Of a stretch of DNA of 64,000 nucleotides, positions 35,795 to 48,406 are shown in pieces; position 1 is the first letter of the stretch, and each line of letters starts with the position of its first letter. A program made the translations under genes and the position numbers. The stretch comes from Marsupella aquatica (Eukaryota; Plantae; Marchantiophyta), in contig OZ316893.1 of the NCBI GenBank assembly GCA_973895155.1, forward strand, positions 13,656,359-13,720,358, written 5' to 3'. The notes under the pieces were generated by a model, which worked only from the letters and a program-made list of their open reading frames with translations, was not told the DNA's origin and made no database searches.

Positions 35795-37829
35795 CATGTC
35801 TCATAGAAGCAACAAACTACCATCATGTTTAGTCCCATGAAACTAGTCCCCTTTGTCTCATCTTTATGAGACTACTTACAGCCCCAAGAGAAGTGAGTTG
35901 AATTGGCTTTTCACCTGGTTCATCAACATCAAGAGCCACTCTGACAATACCATCAATGTCAAGGGCAACCTGCTTCCTTCAAAATTCACTCAGTAATTTG
36001 CTATGATATTCTGAAGCTCAATTGTGAGTTGGTTTGTAGACCATACACCATTGACATTAAGTGACAAACTGGTCCTTATCATTGATTCTTGTGCATAAAA
36101 CATGCCATGTCAGTCAACAAAATTGTTCACCTTAGCTAGAGAGTCCCTAGCCTATGTCAAAAACTAATGCTTGCCTGGATCTATCAATTCCCTACAGGTA
36201 CCTGGTGTCCCAATTTTCATGCACTGTTCAGCAAGCAACATCTCTGCCTTCTTCTCTTCCCACCTCTTTGTCTAAACATCTTTTACCTTTGAAATCACAA
36301 ATGAATCACACTGGTGGCAAAGGTAAGTTGAATTTGATACCAGATCTCTCTCATAATGTCTTACAAAGCAGCAATGGTACCTGGTATATGGTTGTGCCCA
36401 TAGTAATTGTCCATCAATTGAATCAGTTAACATTCAAGAACAACTGACTTTGGAGAATTATATGTGCATGATGCTCAGCCAAATTGGCAATGTTGGGCTC
36501 TTGGAAAGCACACCTAACGAAGTTTCTAATGGTAGAAGGATGGGGAGTTTTCATCAATGATGAGAGAGAAAGACAAAAATGAATATTTCACTGGTTGCTT
36601 CAAGAAAACAATAGCATAGTTTGACTCAGCAAAAAAAACAATTCTAGACTTGAAATTGTCTAGTGCAACAAACAAAGACAAAAAGATACACATACTACAT
36701 TACCAGTGACATTTTGACATAATCCTGATTCTCTTTCCCTTGCTCTAGCAAATCCAGCTATGATGAGCAACCCACATCCTTCCCATGTTCTCAACCAGTC
36801 AATCTTGCACAAACATTAAGCCAAAACACAAGGAAAACTTTACTACGCACATATATACAAACACATATGGCTGCTGATATGCATACCATTGGAATGGGTT
36901 ACCACTAAAAACATTAACACCTCTAACTATCAATTTTTAACAAATTGGAGGTGACAGTAAATAGTGTGACTTGTCTGGAAATTCAAGAGCTACCCCTAAT
37001 TAGTGTGTGGATGTGACACTAATTGCTTAGTGACAGTAAGGCCCAACTCGCAAGGCCCAAATTGCATGTGAAGGGGTAATCGTTGCTTGCAAGCAAACAA
37101 CAAAAAACTTACCAATGTGAGTTTAAAAAAAAAACCAATTCACTATCAAAGTTAGTCCATAGCTAGCCAAAACTTGGCTAATAAAATACCATTTTTGGAA
37201 CTACTCTTTTGGCTAGCCAACTCGCTAGCCATGTGGAGTCTTAGAAATTCACTCAAAATATAAAAGTGAGGCAAACAAACAAAAGAAGTTAAAAACCACT
37301 AGGGACTAGTGAACAACATTCTCCTTGCTCTCAAAAATTCCTGCCTGCTCGCATGCTTGGTTTGTAATATGGCCGGCTTTCTACAGGGCTGCCACATGCG
37401 AGTTGGGTCTAAATTCTGTGAGGAGTGTACCTTAATTTTGAACTTCTAAAAGAGAACCGACCAGGTCCACCCCAAGCCTCAATCCCATCCATGATTTAAG
37501 CTTATCCTAAAATGGTGCCTTCACACATGTCGCTGGGCGTTTGTTCGTCGTCATTCTGACCCACTTGGCTCATCTCCACAGCAAATCATATGTGGAAAGC
37601 CCGATCCATCGCGAAAAGGTCTGAATTTGCTTTACTGTGTAGCGTCGATCGTCTCTTGAAAGTCTTCCTGTCCATTTGTTTGTGGTTCCGAGTTTCCGAC
37701 CCACTTCGACGAATCTTCCCTTTGAATTGATTTCTGTGCATTTGCCCTATCCATCCATTCCTGAAAGCTTGAAGCGAAGATGAACATGACGAATCGCAAA
37801 CCAGTCAAATGCACCGGCTGATGCAACAG

Positions 37830-38240
37830 CGAGCGAGCCAGGCTGCAATTATTGCGTGCTTGATGTGTTGCTCTGTGCGGGATAATTGCGATTTGTTTAT
37901 CGGTTCATCGACGACACGAAGCCAGGAATTGCTGCTGTGGCAGTGAAGAACGAAGCTGTCACTCAGCGACAGCTCTTAGCGGGCTCCGTATCGTGCTCCT
38001 TTCTTTGCTCGATTTCAGGTGCGTTTTTTGTCATCGGACCAAGTAGTTAGTCAGAGACTGTCCGACTCCGTATCATTTGTGATTGTTGGTTCCAGGTTCT
38101 CTTCCCATTCGTTGCCGATCGAAGAGGCGATGCCGCCTGTCCTGTCAGTTCTCATGGCACGAGGAGGATGAATGATTCCCTCACTCCCCTGCTTCCGTTT
38201 CTCGTTCCGCTCTGATTTCGGTCCCAAATGTATACGCCCA
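37830..38240 (+). pseudogene. Degenerate duplicate of MOG1 exon 1 and the start of its intron (ATG mutated to AAG), probably serving as the 5'UTR exon of the next gene
   Basis: tcatcgacgacacgaAgccagg...ctcagcgacagctctt...gctcgatttcag|gtgcgttttt aligns with 42961-43085. Intron similarity continues to ~38240 (vs ~43300). Confidence 0.8.
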
Positions 38241-38507
38241 GCGTATGACAGTCGGTGACCATTTTTCTGCCGTTGAAGCCTGTCCTAAGGCCTTCACGAC
38301 ACAACTCACTAGGGAGATCTTCTCCTCATGATTTTTCGGTAATGCTTTGGTCGATTGGACATTCTTCGGGTAAATTTTGACATAGAATTTGTGCTCTATC
38401 GATTCGGGCGCCATCTCCTCGTACAACCGTAGTGGAACTACCAGCTGAATACATTTCCCGTGATTTCAGAGAATCAATCTACTCATCAGAGTGTGCTCGA
38501 AGTTGGA

Positions 38508-40223
38508 ATGGCCCCGAAGAAGGGGGCAAAAGCCAAGGCTACCAAGAAGTTTGCGGCCGATGCGCCTTGGCGTGCAGCGTCTGGAGAGAAGGCAGTACCG
38601 AGGATTTCGCATGGGATCGTGTTTGCTGTACGTGAAGGCCCCCATTTTAAATACGCTATGAGCGTTATGAAGGTCCGTGCTCTTTCGTTTCTCTGTTTAT
38701 GTTGATCACGATCCTTTTTAAAAGAAAATTCAGTTACTTGCCATTTACATCTGAGATGGAGCGTGCTCGACTCTGCTTGGTAGGCAAGTACAGTAGAACT
38801 GCTTGTTTTTTATTTCACATTTTTCTGGGCGGTAACGAGATCCAAAGCACCAGAAGTTGTGCACCTCACGACTGGCGCTTGCCACTTTCTTGCCCCGCCA
38901 AATCCCGTCATTTCTTCCGGCTAAGACCTAAACCCCTCAACCCTGCTAAATCCCTATATTGGAAGGGTCAGTCTCACTGAGGTGCTCGAGAACAAAGGAT
39001 TTCTGCCTTATGGTTTGCTGTGTCATAAACTAAGCTGCAGAGGGAAACACAAACACTCAATCAGCCATATAAATTGATGTCCCACTTTTAAGTGATCTGC
39101 TCAGTCCCCCGAAAAGGTTCCATAGAAAGGGGCCACAAAGGAAAGCCAATTCAACTGGAGGGAAGATAATTTGCTGGTAGAGTTTAGAGATATTGGTTTT
39201 CGAAAGCAGTGTGAGTATCACACGTCATTTTCACGCTCTTGCAGGACATGCATGAATTTGTTGTCCACAGACACTCACCTCTACATTTTATGGCTGCAGC
39301 ATCCAGACCCAGTTGGAATGGGATTAGCTACGGAAGCATTTGTGGAGCCTGCAGGGCCTGATTGTATCATTCCGGGCCTCAGAAGACCCGTCAGATTTCT
39401 TGGAATCCAGGTCGGTGGTGTTGGAGGTTACTTCTTCTTTTCGCCCAGAAATTGTTGGCCTGACCACGAAATGCTAATTTCACGTCATGATTGACAGGTG
39501 TGGCCTCTCCCTTTTCAACAAAACCTCAGCTTGAAGGTCTTGCAACCCATCGGGCATGAGTTGAAGACTGTTGGCAGGGTATGTCTCCATCCATTGAACT
39601 GAAATTTGGCCCACGCATTTACTTTAATGCAGGCATTATTCTAGTTCTCTTAGGACCATTTTGGTGGAACAAACGTCAGTGATAAGAGCCTCACTGTACG
39701 TTCCGGTTTCTGCTTTACAATGTATTGAAGAAAAGTTCCATGTGGACATTGCACCGGGTCAGCAGATTAGGTCATATCGTTTGATTCAGTCAGAATCATG
39801 GCTGCCCCTCGGTATCGCTGTGTACACTAGGAGTGACTCCATCAAAGTAGCAAGATCGTGCATTTACAGAATCAGAGAGCTACTGGTTGGTACTCAGGGT
39901 CTAAACGCTCAGGAGATTTCTGAGTATCTCCTGTTTGAATTGGGAAATATTTGCACTGAGGGTGCCTACGGAGCCTTGGGGACACCGAATTGCCGGATAT
40001 GGTGCCATATGCTACGTCTCTCAGACGATTTCTGAAGTAGCGGCATATCAGTGCCTTAGCAAACCTTGGAAGCAGTTTGGTCAGCCTTTTACTATTTGAT
40101 AAGCGTGGAAAAGAGGTTTCAATTGTCTGCATGTGCTGTGAAAACTAACCCCCTCGTTTGTGTGTTTGGCAGGTTTTGGACAAAGCTTTTGAGCTTATGC
40201 AAGCACCTTTTGGAGATCGATGA
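38508..40223 (+). CDS. Conserved plant protein of unknown function, ~135 aa; exons 38508-38672, 39300-39410, 39498-39578, 40173-40223
   Basis: Phase-0 GT-AG introns give MAPKKGAK...APWRA...PRISH...SVMK|HPDPVGMGLATEAFVEPAGPDCIIPG...LGIQ|VWPL...LQPIGHELKTVGR|VLDKAFELMQAPFGDR*. This resembles a recalled uncharacterized plant family (HPDPIG..LA.EA..E.AGP.C..PG). Confidence 0.8.
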
Positions 40224-41109
40224 GTTGGCACGTCTGAGGGCCTACCAGAAACTCGGAGCCATCATGTCGACAGACTCCCCACATTTGGGGCTGATGAGCA
40301 ACATTGCTACATTTGGAAGATAGTGGCAACTACCATGAGTCAGGGTCATGTGCTTAATCGTGACCGAATGCTGTACTACACTTCCAGTCGATATCTCCTG
40401 ACGTTTGCTGTTCTTGACTAGAGTGTGGTAGCAACGCTGAGAAAAGCATCTTCCTAGATTATTGTGAGCTTCAACCAAAGGAAGAGGTAACACCACATCG
40501 AAGGATGGTTTCAGAATAGAAAGTCCTCTTTATCTTGTGGAGTAAGTTTTGCCGTCGGATCCCTAACGGAGCAAGATGTTTTTGCTACGTCTTGCATTAA
40601 GTTCTACCATTTCAACAGGTAGTGATTATAATTATTGAGATCTATCGTTGCATGGTGATCACTACAGTAGCTGGAATGGGCACCTTATTATCAACTTCAA
40701 GGATGAAAATCGACTTTCACCCAAAATTGTGCATTGGTGTAGCTTGACTGAAAAGGCAGTTGAGAGGTTTGGATGGGATGGGGCTCAAGGGGTGAAGAGG
40801 GCTTAAGGGGTTTTATGCAGGCCAGGAACGGATTTGTGGAGAGAGTATGCACAAGTTGCAGGCTGGGGAGAACTGTTTCTGGAATTTGTTTGTTCAGATC
40901 TCCACAGCTCGAGAAGGAGTGGGTTTGGGAAAGTTTGGGGGCTTGTTTGGAGAGGTTAGGGGGTCAACCCCACAACTTCTTTCAAGAAACCCTATCTGCA
41001 CAGGACATGTCAATTTCTGGAGGTACTCGTCATTCCCATAATCTGTTGCCTGGAAAGTCCTGACCAGTAATCCCTTTCTGGACAATAATCATATACTTCC
41101 TATAAAGGA

Positions 41110-42025
41110 GGTCTGGACTTGGGTTACTAGCCTGTAACCTGTGAACAGAAAATGAATATAAACCAACTGGCCGACAAGAAGCTTTTCTGAGCATTCAGGG
41201 AGCCGGGTTCAAGCTACAACCCTTGCCCAGACCACCTCCATCCTATACTTAATAGGGTGTCTCAAACCTTTAGGTCTGCAAAAGTAACCTTGGGCTGAAA
41301 GTACCAGTTTTGGTCTGTGGTCACAAGTGCATGGACAATAACTTTTTGTGTCCACCAACTTTAATTCCGGGAAAACAACCATGATCAGAGGCATACCTCT
41401 AAGATTTGAGAGCCCTATTACCCTCTTTTGGGGTGCCTGGGTTACCCTACACTTAAAACACCTTGTGAATTTTTTTCTTTGTATGTCTATGCATGGTTAT
41501 GGTCATGAGGCATACCCTCAGGTGAGGCCATGGAACCCCTGGGCCAGCTTGGCTGGGGATTCTATGATTTGAATGGTTCCAAATTGCACTTAGGCTTTAT
41601 GTTCGGTAACTCATCCCCACTTGGGGATAATGGGTTGTAATCCCCTCGGGCTCATGTCATTTTTGTCGTGGCAGTAAAATCTCTTTATGTCCTTGGCCGT
41701 AACTCAATTACAGCCGTGCTTTGACATGCCCTATTACCCCCTCTTGGGGATAGGCTACCCTACACTTGGTTGGATTAATTGAGCTTTGAGTTACCTTCTT
41801 CTTCTTTTCCACTCAAGGTATTTGTTCTATGGGACTCAGTCATGAAAAGTGTTACTTGATAGGACCTCTGAGGTTTTGCATATGTATAGGGTAATGCAGG
41901 TCTGGGTGTACGGTTACTAGGCTGTAACCTTGCATCCGGAATATGAAAAGAAGCTGACTGGCGGCAGCTGTAAAGCTTCTTTGAATATTTCGGGAACAGG
42001 TTACAGTCTATAACCCCAGCCCTGC
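41110..42025. repeat. Dispersed repeat (putative non-autonomous TE) related to the 56300-56700 and 60990-61400 blocks, with an internal duplication (~41120-41225 vs ~41910-42020)
   Basis: Shared motifs: ccttgtgaattttt.ctttgtatg.ctat.catggttatg, gtgaggcca, gaatggttc, gg.tgtaa.cccctc, ggttactag.ctgtaacct. Confidence 0.6.
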
Positions 42026-42974
42026 CCTACACTAGCATACGTAACTCCTGCCCGGAAACATGTTACCGGCTCAACTTTTCAGGACAACAAATTATGACTA
42101 TAACAGGCCCCTGCAGAAATGGTTACACACTGGTAACCTCTTCTCCCGACAGGAATTACGTCAATTCAAGGTCAATCAAGAGTCTATCACTGAGGGGTCC
42201 TACAAGTAACATTTTTCATTTGGAGTCCTGTCAAGAAATTACCTTTGGGCTATGGTCAGTTGGTCAGGGGATTAGCCTAGAACCGAGAGATCCCTTTCTC
42301 AATCCCCCCCTCCACATGCAAGGGGTGTGGAGGGTAAGTGTGTGTATGTGTGGGTGGGGTGTAGTGGTGGAAGTCCTGGTTTCTCCTCAGCCCCTGGCTG
42401 GTCCGCTTTGGGGTCCTGGTCCAACCCTCTCTCCCTCCTGGTCTGGTCCCTGTCAGATCCCTCAGTATTGTCCCTTTGTGACTACCCTACATGAAATTGG
42501 ATGCTCTGGAGCTGGACCCTTGGATATTGTCTCCCTTGTGACTACCCTACACATAATCAGATGTTCCCACATTAATCAGATGTTCCCACATAATCAGATG
42601 TTCCCAAGCAGGACGTTTGTCCTCTATTGGATGGGCCTCCTTTAGGCTTTTCGAGGCCGAAAGAAAGAAAATACCTCCTATGAATTAACATTTTTGATTT
42701 TGGGGTCCATCAAGAAAATACCTACGTGTGTCACAGCGCGTTTGTTTTGTCAATTCTGAACTACTTTGAGGGGTACTGACGAGAATTGATTATGTGGGTC
42801 TCCCCGATCCATTGCGAAAGTTTGAAATACAAACGCAGAGCGGAGGGAAACCCGCTGATTCAGCACTCAGCAGTGAGCGAGCTTGCGAACAGCCTGCGAT
42901 TGCTTTCTGTGGTGCTGCGGACCGACGGGACTACTATTATTGTTCGATCTCTCTGTCGGCTCATCGACGACACG

Positions 42975-45900
42975 ATGCCAGGGATCCCCGCTGTTCCAGT
43001 GGAGAACGAGGCTGGGTCTCAGCGACAGCTCTTCGGGGGCTCCATATCGTGCTCTTTCCCCGCTCGATTTCAGGTGCGTTTTTGCCCTCGGCCTTCGGAA
43101 CTTATGGAGTTCGAGTCTGTGTGGCACCGCATCACTTGTGATTGTTTGTTCCAGCCTCTCGTCCCACGTCCTTGCCGATCCAAGAACCGATACTGTCCTG
43201 CTTTTGCCTTGTCGCGAGCTGGATTGATGATTCCCTCGCTCCCTTGCCTTTGGGTTTCTTTCCTCTCTGATTTCCGTGCACCTTGTCCCCAATCTACAAG
43301 TTCGGCAAAGGACCGTGTTGAGTCAATGATTGCACTCTCTCTGCCTCCTCGCCGGCTAGTCACTGACGAGACGACGCGGTCGAATGAATGCAGGAGGCAG
43401 TCACGTCATTGTGTTTGGTGCATAAAGGAACTTTCTCCACACTTCAAGAGGTTCTCATCATAAGTTCCTGGGCACCCTTGGCCTAGCTTTGCTTTCGGGA
43501 CACAGCCTGCCATATGGAGACCTAATTCAATCAATGTAGTGGCTTTGTTGTCCTTCGACAGTGACGTTGCTGTTTCTTCTTTTTGCTATCTTCTTTTAGT
43601 GGGAGTGTCTGAATCTCGTTTTGGGTATCTCCTTGGACTGTACAGCAATTTTGTTCCTGATTTTATCTACTTTTTGTTTTATGAGCATACGTTGAATTGG
43701 TTCGGTTGAAAGCGAGAGGTTAGGAAGGAAGAATAGCCCGAGTTTGTGTTCTAGGATTGACAGTAACTCGTGCAACATCTTCGATATTAAACGACGCCTC
43801 TGGTCGGGCCGAAGGCAAAGGCTTTCGTCCTGGGGAGGCAGCGCGCGGTTGAATAAAAAGGCGTGGACTGCCGATTAAATGATATTGTGCAGCCTAGACT
43901 TCTCCGTACATCTGTGCCTACTTTTTGGTTATCTTCCAGTGTTTTTGCGGGTTGTGCTCTGACAACGCTCCGCAGCGTGACCTGAATGTTTTTCCCGTAC
44001 CACTCTAGATTGCTACAATGCCACATACTGGCGTGATTTAGTGTCCCGTTGCTCTTCCCCTTTATCAGGATTGTAACCCTTTGGGCCTTCTACTCTTGGG
44101 ATTGGAATTCATGTATCTCTTACATCGATCAATGTTTTCTCTATTCGTTTTCTTTTGTGTACGAGTCAAGATGATCTGAGTCCGATGAAATATAATTGCA
44201 TTACCCAAAAGATAATGATGTCAAGATAGTGAAAAGTTGAAGTTTCTTTGGTGATGCTCTAGTCTCTTTCGTGTAACCGTATCTTAGTTCATCAAGTTAA
44301 CATGTGACCGGGCGGTATGAGCCGTATGAAGTTCAAAAATTTTCGAAATTGATTGTGTTCAGTATATCTTATCTAGTCGTTGTCATTGTGATCAGGACGT
44401 GAGTGACATAAGGGATGTTCCAAGTAATCAGGTCAGACTTATTCAGTTCACACTTTGAAGCTGTTTTGATAGTTTTGAGCCTTGTTATCCATTCATAAAT
44501 TCCTATAAGTCAGTTTTTAAGCGAACTTCCGGACATAATGTTTTAAGTTCGTGACATTGTTCGCTTGCAGAAGGTAACGTGGGCTGTCTATTTGCAGGAA
44601 GTCTTCGTTGATCCCAATCGCGATGAAAGTATCATAGTGGAGCTCTTGGAGCTCAAGGAGGATGTAAATGACCAGTCCAGCGCATCCTGGTTCTTAGAAG
44701 ATTTAGCTTCTGAGCAGGATGCCAAGGACGATTTGGTATGTTCTGATCCCTGTACTATTCCTGCCCCCGGCCCAATAAAAATACCCGAAAAAGTTCCTCC
44801 GACGACGTTTTTAATCTTTTTCTTGTTGAAGCAAGCGCATGCAAAGTGTGGAGAACTGTCACCTGATTTATTTGGTCTGAAGGGTGGGGCCAGTTTGTAG
44901 AAGCGGGAGGACATCTACCAGTATCCCAAGTTCCTCTTATGGACCCCTCCACAGTCGTAAGCTCAGCCGTTGGAACATTGGTCAGTAAACACATCGTATA
45001 CCCTCCCTTTCTCTTTAAAATATCTTGATGGTCAATTGCATGAAATCTTGACGAGAACTTTAGTAAATTGCTGGTCCCATAGTCCAAACTGGGCACCGTG
45101 CACTTCAAAGTTATTTATGATGCATCCACCTATTCGTTACTATCCTTCTGGTATTCACGAAACTGAACAGTGGGATTAAATCAGATGTACGTGAGATGCC
45201 TTCTTGTACGCTATAAAAGGCTCAGGCATAGTTTTACCACTTTTTTCTAATTGCATACTATGCCTTGTTCCCTGCATGTGTACGTCAACTTCACTCAGGC
45301 TTTCCCCTCCGTGTAACCTGTTTAGATGATACTTGATGGCAGTTTGTCACAGTTGGGTTGAGCGGTATTGGTCACTCCACCTACCTGTTTCAGTGAGCAA
45401 TTGTGCAACTCGTTCATAGGTGGCATGAGTCGTAAGACTAACTGGGCTTTTCACCACGGGTACTACGAGTTCTGACTCGTAAAGATATTTCAACTGAGTG
45501 ATTCTGCCCATAATTATGTTCCTCAGGCAGTGTCTAAGGCGAGGGAGGGCGTTGAAGCATGCAATTCAGTTAGGGTAAGTCTGATGTTTTGTTTTTTTCC
45601 AGATCTTCTGGGGTGTAAGCAGGGTTACCTGTGCTTTAACTCTAGTATCTATTATCATGATCGTTCAACTTAGTGTGAGACTCTCTGAGTCCATTGTTAA
45701 CCTGTCATCGTCTGTTGGTTATTTCTGGTGTGTCCTTGACCAGCTTCAGGTTTAGACCTTTACCGCGTTCCGAGGGACAAGTTCTTGGCAGTGCTCTCTT
45801 TACTAATTAAGCTCGCAAAGAGCTCTGCCAAAAACATGTCAGGATGTGATTGGTGAATGCCAGAATTGTTGTTCATGCTGAAAAACCGTAAAATGGAAGG

Positions 45901-46486
45901 CAATCTGGTTTATGCTGTAATTAAAGATGCAATTCTTATCTTACCTGAATTGGTGGTGTTTTCTATCATTGGTTCGCAGGTTTACCTAGCAAATATGCGA
46001 TTGACGAGTGTACAGACTGACCTTCTCATTACTGTCTATCAGCCTTTGGTCATCAGGTAGTTTATGATACAACTTTCTTGGTGATGTTCTTGAAGGTCAT
46101 CATGCCATGAATGCCAGCAGTTGTGGGTCTTGCTCGGCATCTTTTTAATTTGTCAACGTCTTATCGTCTTGATGGGCATCTGTAAGTCTAGGTAGCAGAT
46201 ATGTGATCAAATCCTTATGGTCCCCAAAGACATTTGACTTTTCTCCACCGAAACTTCAGGAAGACTTGACCAAGTGAGTATCCTAGATTGCTTCTGAAAA
46301 TGCTGATGCTCCTGTTTCCCCCCCTTGCTGTTCTTTTGTTGTAGTGAACACAGCTCAAGTGCAGCATCTGTAGGGGTTGTTGGCAGCACCATACCTGCGG
46401 AACATGGTGGGTACATGAGTGTTCCAGACATCTTCAGCCTAATTTTACGAACATTTAAGATAGAGGATTGGGGTTTATTTGGATGA
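42975..46486 (+). CDS. MOG1: Ran guanine nucleotide release factor (Mog1/PsbP-like); exons 42975-43073, 44396-44431, 44598-44735, 44894-44980, 45527-45574, 45980-46056, 46345-46486
   Basis: Spliced product contains RQLFGGSISCSFPARFQ|DVSDIRDVPSNQ|EVFVDPNRDESIIVELLE...AVSKARE...YLANMRL..VQTDLLIT...TFKIEDWGLFG*, the hallmark Mog1 motifs. Intron phases are consistent. Confidence 0.93.
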
Positions 46487-47269
46487 AGCAGAACAGTAAT
46501 TGTTCCTTACTAATGACTCTAGTACTGGAGAAAGCTTGGTTAGGAATCCTCGTAGTGTACACATGCTAGATTCTTGTGAAGAGATGTCTAGAAGGGTTCC
46601 AAGAAGAGTGAAGTATCCAGGCACTTTTGGGGACATCTATTGACAGGGTGTATGAATACGGCTTTCAAGAAGGGGAAGATATTCAGGAAGATAACTTGGA
46701 TATCTCGTGCAAGGATGTAAAATAGCATGGTACTGAGGTGTCTCCGATTTGGGGAACTGTATTACAACTATGTATATATTATGGTTCCGACCAGCTAGTT
46801 GTACCCCATTTATCAGCATCTCCTATACCACTCTTTTTGCTTTCTCGCTTCTCTATGCCACTGAATCTTTAATCCCTTGAAGATGTCGGCAAATATGTAG
46901 AACATTTTTTGGAACACGTTTCCGAACGGACATAACTACAAGTTCTCTGATTTCCGTCCTAATTTCTTTAATACCTTTGCCATATCCCCTTATGCTAGTT
47001 GCACTGGTGCAGTCTTGATGTTCAACAATCGACTGCCCCTGCTCTAACCTAACACGAAGTTCATTGTATTAATTGAAGATTGATTTTTAAAGCATTAGAC
47101 TCTTCAGCAAAAAGGGATGCATAGAGACTGGAACACATCGATGGCAAATGGGCTGGGCATATGTAAATACCTTCGTGTCTTGTTTTTCTCGAAGGAGCCA
47201 TTGATGCAGCAGAAGCAGGATGTGTTGAGATACCATGTGATAGAGGTGACCTCCTTGTCAGGTGGAACT

Positions 47270-47428
47270 GTGCATGTATGATGGTTGGAAGGTGGGAAGA
47301 TGGTGGCCAAGATGTACTTTACAAGTCCAGAATGAAAGGGTTCAAAGTGCATGTATGATGATGTTTGGAAGGTGGGAAGAAGGTGGCCAAGATGTACTTT
47401 ACAAGTCTAGAATGAAAGGGTTCAAAGA
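47270..47428. repeat. ~78-bp tandem duplication
   Basis: gtgcatgtatgatg...ggtggccaagatgtactttacaagtc.agaatgaaagggttcaaag occurs twice. Confidence 0.8.
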
Positions 47429-48406
47429 GAGTGCAAGTTGCCTTGGGGAGCTGGGGAGAAAGGGGAAGCAAAAGGATCAGTCAAATTGCAAAGTCACTTC
47501 ATGAGAATTCCACATAACGACTGTTGTTAGGATCGTCTTCCTTTCAAAGGAAGCCTCAGCCTTAACTTCCAAACTAGTTCCGCAACTGAGCAAACATGGC
47601 AAAACGCCAGTTTGGAAGGTGAAGAAACCAGATGGGTGATCATGAGTAAAAAGATGCCAACGGCTTCTATGAACTTCCTCCATTACAACGGAATGGTAGA
47701 TACATCTGCAATCTCTCCTATGTATGCATGTTTCGAGAAAGTAACAGCTTGTGATGGAGGGTTCAATACTCCTGCTGCAATCAAACCTATAATAAAATTG
47801 GTGGTTAGAAAATTTAGCCAGATTGGATTCTCCCACATTTACAGTTCGGATGAAGGCTTTTGTTGCTGAGCATGGTGTTATCACCTCAGTACAAGACTTT
47901 TCAAGCTATTTGTAGGATATAATGTACTGCTCTTCAAGGGACCCAGAGACCTGAGTTGGAACATAAGTTCTGAGCTCGAAACGGAGCTGGAATAGTCAGG
48001 TGAAAGCCATCTTTCCCGACGAGACTATCCTGAGATCTCTCTTTGATCTGAATGAAACTAAAGAAGAGCTTATATGATCATTTAGAGATATTGACATCTT
48101 TCTCCAGTAGACGATCCTGAGAGATCTGTGGTGAGCTCAATTGAATGAGACAAACAACCACAAAATATGAGAGTTGAATGGAACTTCCCATCCCGAATAT
48201 TTCAAACGTAGATACACTGGCATAGTAAGAGCCTTTATTGAAAAATCTAGCCAAAAAATTCGTTGCCACATCACGGGCATCAGAATATGCGGGCCATTTT
48301 GTGCTTTGGATTTACAAAGTGGATAGATGTGAATCGCTGAAGCCAAATTCCATACTCGGTAGAGCCAATAAACATCTGGATGGAACTGGATCTCTCAGGC
48401 CCTCAG

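Noticed and set aside
46540-48350. Purine-rich stretch between MOG1 and VTE4 resembling decayed coding DNA
   Set aside because: No assignable motifs and many stops in all frames.
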